The notes: a model not told the origin generated them from the letters alone. 64,000 bases of DNA from Pseudorhodobacter sp. (GCA_031406155.1 JANOGW010000049.1:582-64581); one strand, 5' to 3'. Shown: positions 9,401-18,528, numbered from the stretch's first letter. Translations and numbers: made by a program.

Positions 9401-12400
9401 GCGGCACTGACGCTGCAACATGGCGTCATTCCGCCCCTGCTGCATTACAAGGCGCCGAACCCCCGGATGGATTTCGCCAATTCGGCGTTTTACCCGGTGG
9501 CAAAGCTGACCGATTGGCCGCGCGGTGGTGTGCCCCGTTTGGCGGGTGTGTCGGCCTTTGGCGTTGGTGGCACCAATATTCACATGGTGCTGCAAGAAGC
9601 GCCACAAGTGGCTGTGGTGGAAAGTGCCGCGCCACATGGCCCGCAGGTTTACCCGGTATCAGCATCGTCGCCCGAAGCGTTGAAGGCAGCAGTTGCAGAG
9701 CTTGGTGCCTGGGCTGCCGCTAACCCCAAGGCTGACGCTGGCGCTGTGCGTGCGACATTGCGCCGGGGGAGGCATGCTTACAACGAGCGCGCTGTTCTGG
9801 TGGCCGATGGTATGGCTGGTCTAGCCCAAGCCGCACAGGGCTTTGCGGGCAAATCCACCACAGCGGGACGGCGCGATGCAGTGGCCTTTCTGTTTCCGGG
9901 GCAGGGCGCGCAGCATGTCGGCATGGCAAAGGCGCTGTTCGATGCCGAACCAGTATTCCGCGAGGCATTAAGCCTTTGCACCACGCTGCTGAAGCCCGCA
10001 CTTGGGCTTGATTTGCTTGATGTTATCCATGCGCCGGACAACCTGCGCGAGCAGATGACAGCGCGGCTGAAAGATACGTCATTGGCGCAGCCCGCGATCT
10101 TCTCGATCGGCTATGCTTTGGCAAAGCAATGGGATCATTGGGGTATCCGTCCGGACGTGATGGTCGGCCATTCGATCGGCGAATTTGCCGCCGCAACCAT
10201 CGCGGGTGTGATTGATTTGCCCGATGCGCTTGGCCTGATCGCCCTGCGTGGTCGGCTGATGGCCGACTTGCCTGATGGGGTGATGGTATCGGTGCGTGCA
10301 TCCGAACAGGAACTTCAACCCTATCTGGGTGCGGGGCTTGATCTGGCAGCGGTGAATGGCGCAAAAGCCTGTGTTCTGGCCGGGTCGGAAGAGGCGGCAG
10401 CGGCGCTGTTGCCAACGCTGGAGGCGGCAGGGTTTGTAACCTCGCGCCTGCACACCAGTCATGCGTTTCATTCGTACATGATGGAACCGGCCGTTGCCCC
10501 GTTCCGTGCGGCCGTGGCCAAGATCAAGCTTCGCGCCCCGAAAATCCCGATCCTGTCGACGGTAATTGGTGACTGGCTGACCGAACAGGAAGCCACCGAC
10601 CCCGACTATTGGGCGGGCCATATGCGCCGCCCCGTGCGGTTCTATGATGCGATGCAGACGCTGTGGGCCGAGGGGCGGCATATCTTCCTTGAAACCGGCC
10701 CCGGTCGCACGATGGCAACGCTGGCCGGGCAAAACCCGGATCGCCGCCGCGCACAGCCTGCACTGGCGTCGTTGCCACATGCCCAAGCCGAAAACGCCGA
10801 TGCGCATCTGTCGATGCTGGAGGCGTTTGGTGGACTTTGGGCCAGTGGCTACCCGGTGGATTGGTCACGGCTTGAAGGCGACGGGCCAGAGCCGCACCGT
10901 GCCGCGGGCCTTCCGACCACTCCGTTCCAGCGCAAGCGGTTCTGGGTGGAACCCACGGATGTGGGAACCGCACCTGCCGCCGCCATTGCCCTTGAAGCCG
11001 CCCCTGCGGCAGATCAGATCACCGCCCCTGTACCGCAAATTTCCGCCGCCGACGCGCTGCGCGACATGCTGTCCGATCTGTCGGGCGTCGAGCCTGCCGA
11101 GATGGATGGCGGCGCCAGCTTTCTGGAACTGGGCTTTGATTCGCTGCTGCTGACGCAAGCCACGCGCGAGTTGTCTGAACGTTTTGGTGTGACGGTTACT
11201 CTGCGCCAGTTGATCGACGGCTTCCCCACCATTGATACGCTTGCCGCCCATATCGACGCGCATGGCAATCTGGCGGGCCGTGCCCCCGCCGACCGCACGC
11301 CGTTGGCCGAAATGACCCGGATCGAGGGCCGGGAGGAGGAGGCCGAAGCCACGCCATCTTCGGCCCCGATGACCAGGATCAGCCGCGAGACGGAAGAGCT
11401 GACACCCGCACAGCGCGGCCATATCGACGCATTGGTGGCGCGCTACACTGCGAAAACCGCGAAATCCAAGGCGTTGACGGCACAGTACCGGGGTGTGCAT
11501 GCCGATCCGCGCACCGCGTCCGGCTTCAACCGGCTGTGGAAGGAAATCGTCTATCAGATTGTCACCGTCAAATCGAAAGGCTCGCGGCTGATCGATGTCG
11601 ATGGCAATGAATACATCGATATCCTGAACGGTTTTGGCCCCGGTTTTCTGGGCCATGCACCTGAACAGGTGGTCAGCGCCTTGCATAGCCAACTGGATGC
11701 AGGCTTCGAGGTTGGCCCGCAAAGTCTGGCTGCGATGGAAGCTGCTGCCCTGTTCTGCGAAGTGACCGGCAACGACCGCGCCAGTTTCGTGTGCACCGGG
11801 TCGGAAGCGGTTTATGCCGCGATGCGGCTGGCCCGCACCTGCACCGGGCGTGACCGGATCGTGATGTTCGCGCGGGATTATCACGGCAATTTCGACGAAG
11901 TTCTAGTCCGCGGCATCGACGGCAAGGATGGCCCGCGCTCTCTGCCGATGGCCCCCGGCATTCCGCGCGATTCCGTGAAAAACGTGGTGGTGCTGCCCTA
12001 TGGTTCACCGCAGGCGCTGGATTACATTCGCCGCAACGCAGATACCATCGCCGCCGTGATCGTGGAACCGGTGCAAAGCCGCCGCCCCGAGTTCCGCCCC
12101 GCCGAGTTTATCCGCGAGGTGCGGCGGATCACTGAAAATGCAGGCTCGGTGTTCATCTTTGACGAAGTCGTCACCGGTTTCCGCTTTGGCCCGCGCGGCG
12201 CGCAGGGTTATTACGGTGTGGACGCTGACCTCGTGACTTACGGCAAGGTGGTGGGCGGTGGCATGCCGGTGGGCGTGGTGTCGGGCAAGGCCCGCTTCAT
12301 GGACACTTTTGATGGTGGTCCTTGGCAATATGGTGATGACAGCTTCCCGCAAGCGCCCGTAACCTTCTTTGCCGGTACCTTCGTGCGCCATCCGCTGGCG

Positions 12401-15400
12401 ATGGCCGCCCTGAAGGCGATGCTGACGTTCTTTAAAACCCAGCCGGACTTTTTCTGGAAGACCGTCAATGCCAAGGGCGACCGTCTGGCAGGCACGGTGG
12501 ACCGCTGGTTTGCCGATAATGACATGCCGTTCCAGATGCCGAACTGCGGCTCGCTGATGTATCTGCGCATCGGCGAGGATCAGAAATATGGCGGCCTGCT
12601 AGGGGCTGGCTTGCGGGATCGCGGCGTGTTCATGCTGGAGGGGTTCCCCAGCTACATGACGGCGGCGCATGACGACGAAGACATCGATCATGTAATCGAC
12701 GCGGTGAAGGATACCGCGCTTGAAATGCGCGCCGCAGGCCTGCTGGTCGGGCGCGGGGCGGTTGCTTACGATGGCCCGCATCTGCACCTGGCCCCGCCGC
12801 GCCTGACCCTGCCGGGCGGCGAGGCCGCGATTGCCGCCGCAATGCGCGCACCGCTTGGCACCCTGAGCGTGCCCACCACCGAGGCACAGCGTGAAATCTG
12901 GGCCGCGATGATCGTCACCCCCGATCTGGCGCCTGCCTATAATGAAAGCGTCACGCTGAAGCTGCACGGCGTGATCGACAGGGATCTGCTCAGGGCTGCG
13001 GCGCAGACCGTGTTCCGGCGGCATGATGCGCTCAGATCGACCTTCTCGGAGGACGGGATGGAGATGCACATCCAGCCCGACACGGCCATTGATGCAAGCC
13101 TGATCGATCTGTCGGACCTGACCGCCGAAGATCAGGCCGGCACGCTTGCCAGGCTGCTCGCGCAAGAGGTGGAAACCCCGTTCGACATGGTCTCGGGACC
13201 CTTCGTGCGCGCACATCTGGTGGCGTTTGGGCCAACACATCATCACCTGATCATCACCGCCCACCACATCGTCTGTGACGGCTGGTCGATCGACGTGGTG
13301 ATGCGCGACATCGGCAAGGTCTATGCCGCCGGGCTGGAAGGGCGCACGCCCCTGTTGCCGCCCGCGCAAAGCATCGTGGACTATGCGCGGGTCGAGGCGG
13401 AATGGAGCCGCTCTGCGGAGGCAACCGCCGCGCGCGAGTACTGGCTGGGGCAATTCGCAAACCAGCCACCCGTGCTGGATCTGCCAACCGATCATCCGCG
13501 CCCTCCGGTGAAAACCGTGCGTGGCGCACGGGCCGACAGGGTGATCCCGGCAGCACTGGCCGACCAGCTGCGCGCGCTTGGGCGAACGCAGGGCTCAACC
13601 TTCGTCAATCTGCTGCTGGCGGCCTACAAGATTTATGTTGCACGGCAAGCGCAGGTGTCGGACATCGTTATCGGTCTGCCCGCCTCAGGGCAAGCGGCGC
13701 GCGGCATGCCGGGCGTGGTCGGGCACTGCGTCAACCTGCTGCCCATTCGCACGCAAATAGATTGGGACAAGGGCTTTGGCAGCTACCTGACAGTCGTCCG
13801 CCGGGCGATGCTGGATGCGCTGGACCACCAGACTTATACCTACGGCGAGCTGATCCGGTCCTTGCGCATCGCGCGCGATCCGTCCCGCGTCATGCTGGTG
13901 CCGGTGATCTTCAACATCGACAACGGCATTGATCTGTCCACCATGTCCTTTGGTCCGGTGACGACGGACTTCGTGACCAACCCGCGCGCTTATGAACATT
14001 TCGAATTGTATCTGAACGTCACCGATGCACCGGGTGATGTGCACACCGAATGGAGCTATAACGCCGATCTGTTCGATGCGGCCACGATCGAGGCGCATAT
14101 CGACCGCTTCGTGCGACTGCTGGGCGAATTGATCGAAGACCCAGGCCAGCCGCTTGGGGAAATTTCGCTTTTATCGCGGGACGAGCGGCAAAAGCTGCTG
14201 GTCGATTGGCAAGGCAAGCGCGTTGATACCCCGCAAGAGGCAACACTGGCCACACTGTTCGCCGATCGCGTTGCCAAAAACCCCGATGCCATCGCCCTGA
14301 TCGAGGGCGAGACGGGCCTGCGCTATAGCCAGCTGGATGCGATGGTGGGCGATCTGGCAGCACAGTTGCAGGATCGTGGCGTGGGCCGCGGCGATATCGT
14401 CGGTATCTGCATGGAACGGTCGATGCGGATGGTGGCAGCATTGCTGGCCACGATGCGGCTTGGGGCTGCCTATATGCCGCTTGATCCGTCAAACCCGGCA
14501 GACCGCCTGCGCCATATCCTGGCCGACAGCAGCACACGGTTTGTGCTGACCACTGAAGATCTGGCCAACCGCCATGGTTTTGCTGACCCGATTATCCCAA
14601 GTGCCACCGGCAGCCATCCGGCCCCCGTCACGGCTGCCGTGCCGGCAGAGATTGCCTATATCGCCTATACCTCGGGCTCGACCGGCACACCCAAGGGCGT
14701 GATGGGCACGCACCGGGCTACGATCAACCGCTTTGCCTGGATGTGGCGGGAATTTCCCTTCTCGCCGGCTGATGTGATGTGCCAGAAAACTGCCCTGTCC
14801 TTCGTGGATTCGGTCTGGGAGATTTTTGGCCCGCTGCTGGCGGGGGTGCCGCAGGTTATCATCCCGAACGACAAGCTGCGCGATCCTGCGGCGTTTCTGG
14901 CGCTTTTGGGCAAGCATCGGGTCACGCGGCTTCTGGTGGTGCCATCGCTGCTGAAATCCATCCTTGATGTGGGCATTGATCTGGGGGCTGTGGCCCCGTC
15001 GCTGCAGCTGCTTTTCACCTCGGGTGAACGGATACCGGCAACGCTTGCACGGCAGATGCTGGCGGCGGCCCCGCAGGTAACGCTGGTCAATCTTTATGGC
15101 TCGTCCGAAGTGGCGGCGGACGTTACTTGCGAAGTGGTGCACAATGTCAGCACCGAAGAAGTGCCGATCGGGCGCGCAATAGATAATGCCCGGCTTTATG
15201 TGCTGGATGCGGCCCGCCACCTGATGTCACCCGGCGAGGCGGGAGAGCTGTATGTCGGCGGTGATGTGCTGGCGGCGGGCTATCTGCACCGCCCCGATCT
15301 GACGGCCGAGCGGTTCCTGCCCGATCCGTTTGCCGACACCCCCGGGGCGCGGATGTTTGCCACCGGTGACCGGGTGCGCCATCTTGCCGACGGGCGGCTG

Positions 15401-16843
15401 ATCTATCTTGGCCGCGCCGACCATCAGGTCAAGATCCGGGGCGCGCGGGTTGAACTGGGCGAGGTCGAGGCAGCTCTGGCAGCGATGCCAAGCGTTGCCG
15501 AAGCCGTCGCCGTCGCCCGCCCCGATGCGGATGGTGATCTGACATTGCTGGCCTTTGTCACCCTGCGGCCGGGCAGCACTGCTGACCCGCTGGCCCTGCG
15601 TGCGGCACTGGCGCAAAGCCTTCCCGATTACATGGTGCCCTCGCGCGTTCTGGTGCTTGACCAGATGCCGCTGAACCCGAACGGCAAGACTGATCGCATG
15701 GCGCTAAGCCTGCGCCCGGCGGAAGGCCAAGGTGACAGCGCCCGCACCAATTGGCCAGTGACCGCGACCGAGCGGGACTTGCGCGATATCTGGGCGCGGC
15801 TGCTGGATCAGCCCGAGATCGGGATGGAGGACGACTTTTTCGAACTGGGTGGCCATTCGCTGCTGGCGGTCAAGCTGTTCACCCAGCTGCGCCGCAGCTT
15901 TGGCGTGGATTTGCCGATCTCGACCCTGTTTGCCCATCCCACGATCCGCACGCTGGCACGCAAACTCGGCACCAGCAGCGAAACTCCGCCAAATACCAGC
16001 TATTCCGGCACGCCCGAAGACAGCCCCTGGGATACCACGACGGTGATCCACCCCGGGCCCGCGCTTGCAAGACCCCCCCTGTTCATCGTCGGCGGTGTTG
16101 GCGGCAACGTGAACAACCTGATCAGGCTCGGCCGCCTGCTGGGGGCTTACCGCCCAGTCATCGGCCTGCAGACGCGCGGCATCCTAGGCCACCGGATGCA
16201 TGAGACGATCGAGGCCACGGCCGCGGATCATCTGACCAATATCCGCCGCCATCAACCGCAGGGGCCCTATCTGCTGGCCGGTTATTCGGGGGGCGCGTTC
16301 ACTGCGTTCGAGATGGCGCGACAATTGCGGGCCGCGGGCGAAGAGGTGGGCTTTCTTGGCCTCCTTGATACCTTCGCGCCGAAATTCGTCTTCCAGAAAC
16401 ACGGCTCCAAACTGGACCGGGTTCAGTATATGACCAAGCTGGTCCTGCGGCATGGGCCGGGGCCGCTTTGGACCAATGCCATGGCCTGGCTGCACAACAA
16501 GACCACCGCAGGGGCGGTGCTGCAAGCCGGTGTGCCAACCCCGTCCGAGAAATACCGCTATAGCCATCTGGCCCGGCAATGGTGGAAGATATCAACGATT
16601 TATGACCCCGCCCCCTATGCCGGCGATGCGTGGCTGTTCCTGACAGAATCTGAAAAAGATGGCTTTTACGCAACCCAGCTGCGCAAGAGCGATCCGAATT
16701 ACGGCTGGCCAGGGTTCATACGCGGCCAATTGCGGGTCAGCCGGCATACGTCGGATCACCTGAGCATGCTGACCGGAACCGCCGTCCAGGACCTTGCCAA
16801 CATGATCGAGGCCGAGATCCTGCACGCGAAACAAGGGACGTAA
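6479..16843 (+). CDS. Hybrid NRPS-PKS megasynthase: A-T-KS-AT-ACP-AMT-C-A-T-TE
   Basis: 3454-aa ORF; domains are read from core motifs. NRPS start: A (YTSGSTGVPKG ~6950, NGYGPTE), T (FFDLGASSL ~8110). PKS part: KS (CSTSLVAV, HGTATPLGD, GHLDIAAG; ~8310-9600), AT (GQGAQ, GHSIGE, HAFH; ~9880-10800), ACP (LGFDSL ~11130). Then a class-III aminotransferase (~11400-12745). NRPS end: C (HHIVCDG 13262-13282), A (YTSGSTGTPKG ~14670), T (GGHSL ~15850), TE (GYSGG ~16285). Start is TTG 6479 or ATG 6494. Confidence 0.95.
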   Translation: MVAFAMLRILPLFQDVTRAFQGAVKNHAPAVAVVQGSVQISYADLDRLSDVLADRLIKAGVASGSLVGLAATQDPGTIISILAILKAGAGYVPLPGYYPEARLRVIAQDAGLALILGSVPALVEMTIPQTSFDWQSCTETTSPSLPTLDGEAVAYVMYTSGSTGVPKGVVVPHRAILRLVQGQNFMALGPDERILQNSAIAFDAATLEIWGALLNGGTLVMPEETSGSLSALGEVIRDQRITSMWLTAGLFHAMADTRPGDFAPLRQLLTGGDVVSPACVAKVMAACPGLTVINGYGPTENTTFTCCHTITRAEAELGMSLPIGRPISGTDVFVLDANLAPVPAGEPGELFAAGEGLALGYLGRADLTAEKFIAAPWDADVTLYRTGDLVRQDAKGVVHYLGRIDTQVKIRGFRIELGEVEAALEATGGISQAVVVARAGADHADKMLVAYCVAGDALDEGTLRASLGARLPDYAVPSRFVTLPALPLNSNGKVDRRALEALALPKAAKPAKPATSTHSLEEMIAGQLATALGIDESDLDRSANFFDLGASSLHVARVHDGLQTALDRRFPISDFFLHSTIAAMATHLGKPAKAAGPVILAPKKDRSDTGLIAIIGLAGKFPGARSAEEFWDGLVAGREMISQFTPEELDIDLSKGDAGAGFVNARGVMPDADMFDARHFNIPPREAERMDPQHRILLEVAQTALDSAGHDPAQFAGKIGIYAGSSQNSYLLNNLLSAPGASRAYAASYPLDDFATLFGNDKDFIATRIAYKLNLRGPAATVLCACSTSLVAVAQGCESLLSGTSDMVLAGGVSVTFPSKRNYKYMPDGMASADGHCRTFDADATGTVFGDGAGLVVLRRLEDALADGDTVIAVIRGYSINNDGSEKAGYAAPSIKAQAAVIQAAHLAAGVNAREIGYIEAHGTATPLGDPIEFAALHAAFSASTDARGFCALGSAKTNVGHLDIAAGITGLIKAALTLQHGVIPPLLHYKAPNPRMDFANSAFYPVAKLTDWPRGGVPRLAGVSAFGVGGTNIHMVLQEAPQVAVVESAAPHGPQVYPVSASSPEALKAAVAELGAWAAANPKADAGAVRATLRRGRHAYNERAVLVADGMAGLAQAAQGFAGKSTTAGRRDAVAFLFPGQGAQHVGMAKALFDAEPVFREALSLCTTLLKPALGLDLLDVIHAPDNLREQMTARLKDTSLAQPAIFSIGYALAKQWDHWGIRPDVMVGHSIGEFAAATIAGVIDLPDALGLIALRGRLMADLPDGVMVSVRASEQELQPYLGAGLDLAAVNGAKACVLAGSEEAAAALLPTLEAAGFVTSRLHTSHAFHSYMMEPAVAPFRAAVAKIKLRAPKIPILSTVIGDWLTEQEATDPDYWAGHMRRPVRFYDAMQTLWAEGRHIFLETGPGRTMATLAGQNPDRRRAQPALASLPHAQAENADAHLSMLEAFGGLWASGYPVDWSRLEGDGPEPHRAAGLPTTPFQRKRFWVEPTDVGTAPAAAIALEAAPAADQITAPVPQISAADALRDMLSDLSGVEPAEMDGGASFLELGFDSLLLTQATRELSERFGVTVTLRQLIDGFPTIDTLAAHIDAHGNLAGRAPADRTPLAEMTRIEGREEEAEATPSSAPMTRISRETEELTPAQRGHIDALVARYTAKTAKSKALTAQYRGVHADPRTASGFNRLWKEIVYQIVTVKSKGSRLIDVDGNEYIDILNGFGPGFLGHAPEQVVSALHSQLDAGFEVGPQSLAAMEAAALFCEVTGNDRASFVCTGSEAVYAAMRLARTCTGRDRIVMFARDYHGNFDEVLVRGIDGKDGPRSLPMAPGIPRDSVKNVVVLPYGSPQALDYIRRNADTIAAVIVEPVQSRRPEFRPAEFIREVRRITENAGSVFIFDEVVTGFRFGPRGAQGYYGVDADLVTYGKVVGGGMPVGVVSGKARFMDTFDGGPWQYGDDSFPQAPVTFFAGTFVRHPLAMAALKAMLTFFKTQPDFFWKTVNAKGDRLAGTVDRWFADNDMPFQMPNCGSLMYLRIGEDQKYGGLLGAGLRDRGVFMLEGFPSYMTAAHDDEDIDHVIDAVKDTALEMRAAGLLVGRGAVAYDGPHLHLAPPRLTLPGGEAAIAAAMRAPLGTLSVPTTEAQREIWAAMIVTPDLAPAYNESVTLKLHGVIDRDLLRAAAQTVFRRHDALRSTFSEDGMEMHIQPDTAIDASLIDLSDLTAEDQAGTLARLLAQEVETPFDMVSGPFVRAHLVAFGPTHHHLIITAHHIVCDGWSIDVVMRDIGKVYAAGLEGRTPLLPPAQSIVDYARVEAEWSRSAEATAAREYWLGQFANQPPVLDLPTDHPRPPVKTVRGARADRVIPAALADQLRALGRTQGSTFVNLLLAAYKIYVARQAQVSDIVIGLPASGQAARGMPGVVGHCVNLLPIRTQIDWDKGFGSYLTVVRRAMLDALDHQTYTYGELIRSLRIARDPSRVMLVPVIFNIDNGIDLSTMSFGPVTTDFVTNPRAYEHFELYLNVTDAPGDVHTEWSYNADLFDAATIEAHIDRFVRLLGELIEDPGQPLGEISLLSRDERQKLLVDWQGKRVDTPQEATLATLFADRVAKNPDAIALIEGETGLRYSQLDAMVGDLAAQLQDRGVGRGDIVGICMERSMRMVAALLATMRLGAAYMPLDPSNPADRLRHILADSSTRFVLTTEDLANRHGFADPIIPSATGSHPAPVTAAVPAEIAYIAYTSGSTGTPKGVMGTHRATINRFAWMWREFPFSPADVMCQKTALSFVDSVWEIFGPLLAGVPQVIIPNDKLRDPAAFLALLGKHRVTRLLVVPSLLKSILDVGIDLGAVAPSLQLLFTSGERIPATLARQMLAAAPQVTLVNLYGSSEVAADVTCEVVHNVSTEEVPIGRAIDNARLYVLDAARHLMSPGEAGELYVGGDVLAAGYLHRPDLTAERFLPDPFADTPGARMFATGDRVRHLADGRLIYLGRADHQVKIRGARVELGEVEAALAAMPSVAEAVAVARPDADGDLTLLAFVTLRPGSTADPLALRAALAQSLPDYMVPSRVLVLDQMPLNPNGKTDRMALSLRPAEGQGDSARTNWPVTATERDLRDIWARLLDQPEIGMEDDFFELGGHSLLAVKLFTQLRRSFGVDLPISTLFAHPTIRTLARKLGTSSETPPNTSYSGTPEDSPWDTTTVIHPGPALARPPLFIVGGVGGNVNNLIRLGRLLGAYRPVIGLQTRGILGHRMHETIEATAADHLTNIRRHQPQGPYLLAGYSGGAFTAFEMARQLRAAGEEVGFLGLLDTFAPKFVFQKHGSKLDRVQYMTKLVLRHGPGPLWTNAMAWLHNKTTAGAVLQAGVPTPSEKYRYSHLARQWWKISTIYDPAPYAGDAWLFLTESEKDGFYATQLRKSDPNYGWPGFIRGQLRVSRHTSDHLSMLTGTAVQDLANMIEAEILHAKQGT
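11400..12745 (+). other. Integrated PLP-dependent class-III aminotransferase (AMT) domain inside the megasynthase (approximate borders)
   Basis: GSEAVYAAMRLAR, IFDEVVTGFRFG and TYGKVVGGG (putative PLP lysine codon at 12245-12247). This is the same layout as glutamate-1-semialdehyde-aminomutase-like AMT domains of MycA/ItuA-type synthetases. Confidence 0.8.
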
Positions 16844-16847
16844 CACG

Positions 16848-17657
16848 ATGACGGCGATGGGCCCCAGCCGTTTGCCGATCCGTGCCGCAGACATTGGCGT
16901 GGCGCAGTGCCGTCTGGGGGATGACCGCGACATCACCCTGAGTGCTGCCTGGGCGCTGTTGTCGGCGGATGAGATCACACGCGCGCACCGCTTTCATTTT
17001 GACCGTGATCGAACTCGTTATGTGCGGGGGCGGGGGTTTTTACGCCAGATGCTGGGCCAGGTCTGCGGACAGAACCCGGCAAGTTTGATTTTTGGCACGG
17101 GCGCGCGGGGCAAACCGTTTTTGGCAGGCAGCAATCTGGGCAGCGATCTGGCCTTCAACCTGTCGCACAGCCGCGATCTGGCCGTTCTGGCCATCTCGCA
17201 AACCGGGCCTTTGGGGATTGATGTCGAATTTATCGACCGCAGCGCAGATCTGGCCGGGCTGACCCAAAGCTGCATGACCCCCGCCGAGGCCGCGGTTCTG
17301 GCAGCCCTGCCCGCAACCGAACGGCCTGCACGGTTCTTTGCGTTCTGGACGGCAAAAGAGGCCCGCATGAAACTGACCGGTGAGGGGATGTCCCTGGCCC
17401 CGCAGCAAATTGCGCTGGATTTGCGGGACGGTGTTCCAGTAGGCTATCTGCACCCCGGGACACCGGACGTGCAGGCCGTTTTTCTTGATCTGGGACATCC
17501 CCTTGCCCAGTGCTGTCTGGCGTTGGCACGGGGTCCCCAACCCGTTATTATCCCTCTTATTGCCACGACCCCCGTTATTATCATCACCAGTCCCCCTGTT
17601 ACGGAGTATGCGTATTTTGGCTCATTCGAGAGACACCATCAAACTTCTGGCCGGTAA
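16848..17657 (+). CDS. Sfp-type 4'-phosphopantetheinyl transferase
   Basis: GKPFL, FNLSHSRDLAVLA, GIDVEFI and FWTAKEARMKLTGEG motifs. It starts 5 nt after the megasynthase stop. The last ~40 codons look like read-through into an A/T-richer spacer. Confidence 0.85.
   Translation: MTAMGPSRLPIRAADIGVAQCRLGDDRDITLSAAWALLSADEITRAHRFHFDRDRTRYVRGRGFLRQMLGQVCGQNPASLIFGTGARGKPFLAGSNLGSDLAFNLSHSRDLAVLAISQTGPLGIDVEFIDRSADLAGLTQSCMTPAEAAVLAALPATERPARFFAFWTAKEARMKLTGEGMSLAPQQIALDLRDGVPVGYLHPGTPDVQAVFLDLGHPLAQCCLALARGPQPVIIPLIATTPVIIITSPPVTEYAYFGSFERHHQTSGR
17541..17582. repeat. Two perfect 12-bp direct repeats CCCGTTATTATC spaced 30 bp apart
   Basis: Copies at 17541-17552 and 17571-17582, with a degenerate third copy (CCCTGTTACGG) at ~17594. 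They lie just upstream of the GGAG/ATG (17608) of the methyltransferase gene. Confidence 0.9.
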
Positions 17658-18453
17658 CCTGTTGGAGGTTCTGGCCCCCTGGGTTCGGCGCGATCTGGAT
17701 GCAGATCGTCATTCTGGCCGCTTCATAAAGCTGAAGCGCTGGATCCTTTATGCCCGCACCACCCGGGCAAAGGCACGCGGCGATGCCTCTGCGTTGCAAA
17801 AAAGCCTGTTCCAGTTCTGGCGCGCCGACACCGCAGATCCCTATTTTGAGCGATACCAGGATCGCTATGACAAATGGTTTCTGGGGCCGCATCATGAAAT
17901 CGTCGATCAATTGGCAAAGCTTACCCGCAGTGGCGCCTACAACCACCTGGTCGAAGTTGGTTGCGGTTCCGGGCGAGTGCTGGCGCATTGCGCCGAGGCC
18001 ATGCCGCAGATGTCTGATTTCATCGGGGTCGACATCAACCCCGTCATTATCGCCCATGACAGGACCGCTTTCGCGCCGAACCCGCGGCTGCAATTCCTGG
18101 CTGCCGATGCGTCGGTCTGGCTGCAGAAAAACGCCAGACCCGGCACCATTTTGCTGACCTATGGCGGGGTGATGGAGTATTTCTCGGCCGAGACCCTGAG
18201 CGCGATGTTTTGTGGGCTGGCACAACATCACCCGGCCGCAGTGGCCCTGGTGGAACCGGTCGACCCCGACCACGATCTGGCAAATGATCCGGCATCGCAT
18301 GTCTTCGGACAGGAAAACTCGTTCTCGCACAATCATGAAAAATTGCTGCAAAATGCCGGCTACAGGACGCTGTTTCGCAAGGATCTGCGCCTTGGTGGGG
18401 CGTCATGGGTGATGCTTGTGGCCACGGCCGGACGGCAAAATTCCGGGCATTGA
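17608..18453 (+). CDS. Class I SAM-dependent methyltransferase
   Basis: Start taken at ATG 17608, preceded by GGAG (17603-17606). Motif I is VEVGCGSGRVL and post-I is FIGVDINP. It overlaps the PPTase tail by 50 nt. Confidence 0.75.
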   Translation: MRILAHSRDTIKLLAGNLLEVLAPWVRRDLDADRHSGRFIKLKRWILYARTTRAKARGDASALQKSLFQFWRADTADPYFERYQDRYDKWFLGPHHEIVDQLAKLTRSGAYNHLVEVGCGSGRVLAHCAEAMPQMSDFIGVDINPVIIAHDRTAFAPNPRLQFLAADASVWLQKNARPGTILLTYGGVMEYFSAETLSAMFCGLAQHHPAAVALVEPVDPDHDLANDPASHVFGQENSFSHNHEKLLQNAGYRTLFRKDLRLGGASWVMLVATAGRQNSGH

Positions 18454-18528
18454 TCTGACACGCCGTTCTGATGATAAGAGCAACCTGATACCCGCCCCCA
18501 AAGGCCCCCGAAAAGGATTACCCACGCG

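Noticed and set aside
8933-11884. Several 230-340-aa antisense ORFs inside the first megasynthase gene (8933-9637, 10079-10807, 10865-11884)
   Set aside because: They lie opposite continuous, motif-dense KS/AT/ACP coding sequence. They have no motifs of their own and show high-GC shadow-frame composition.
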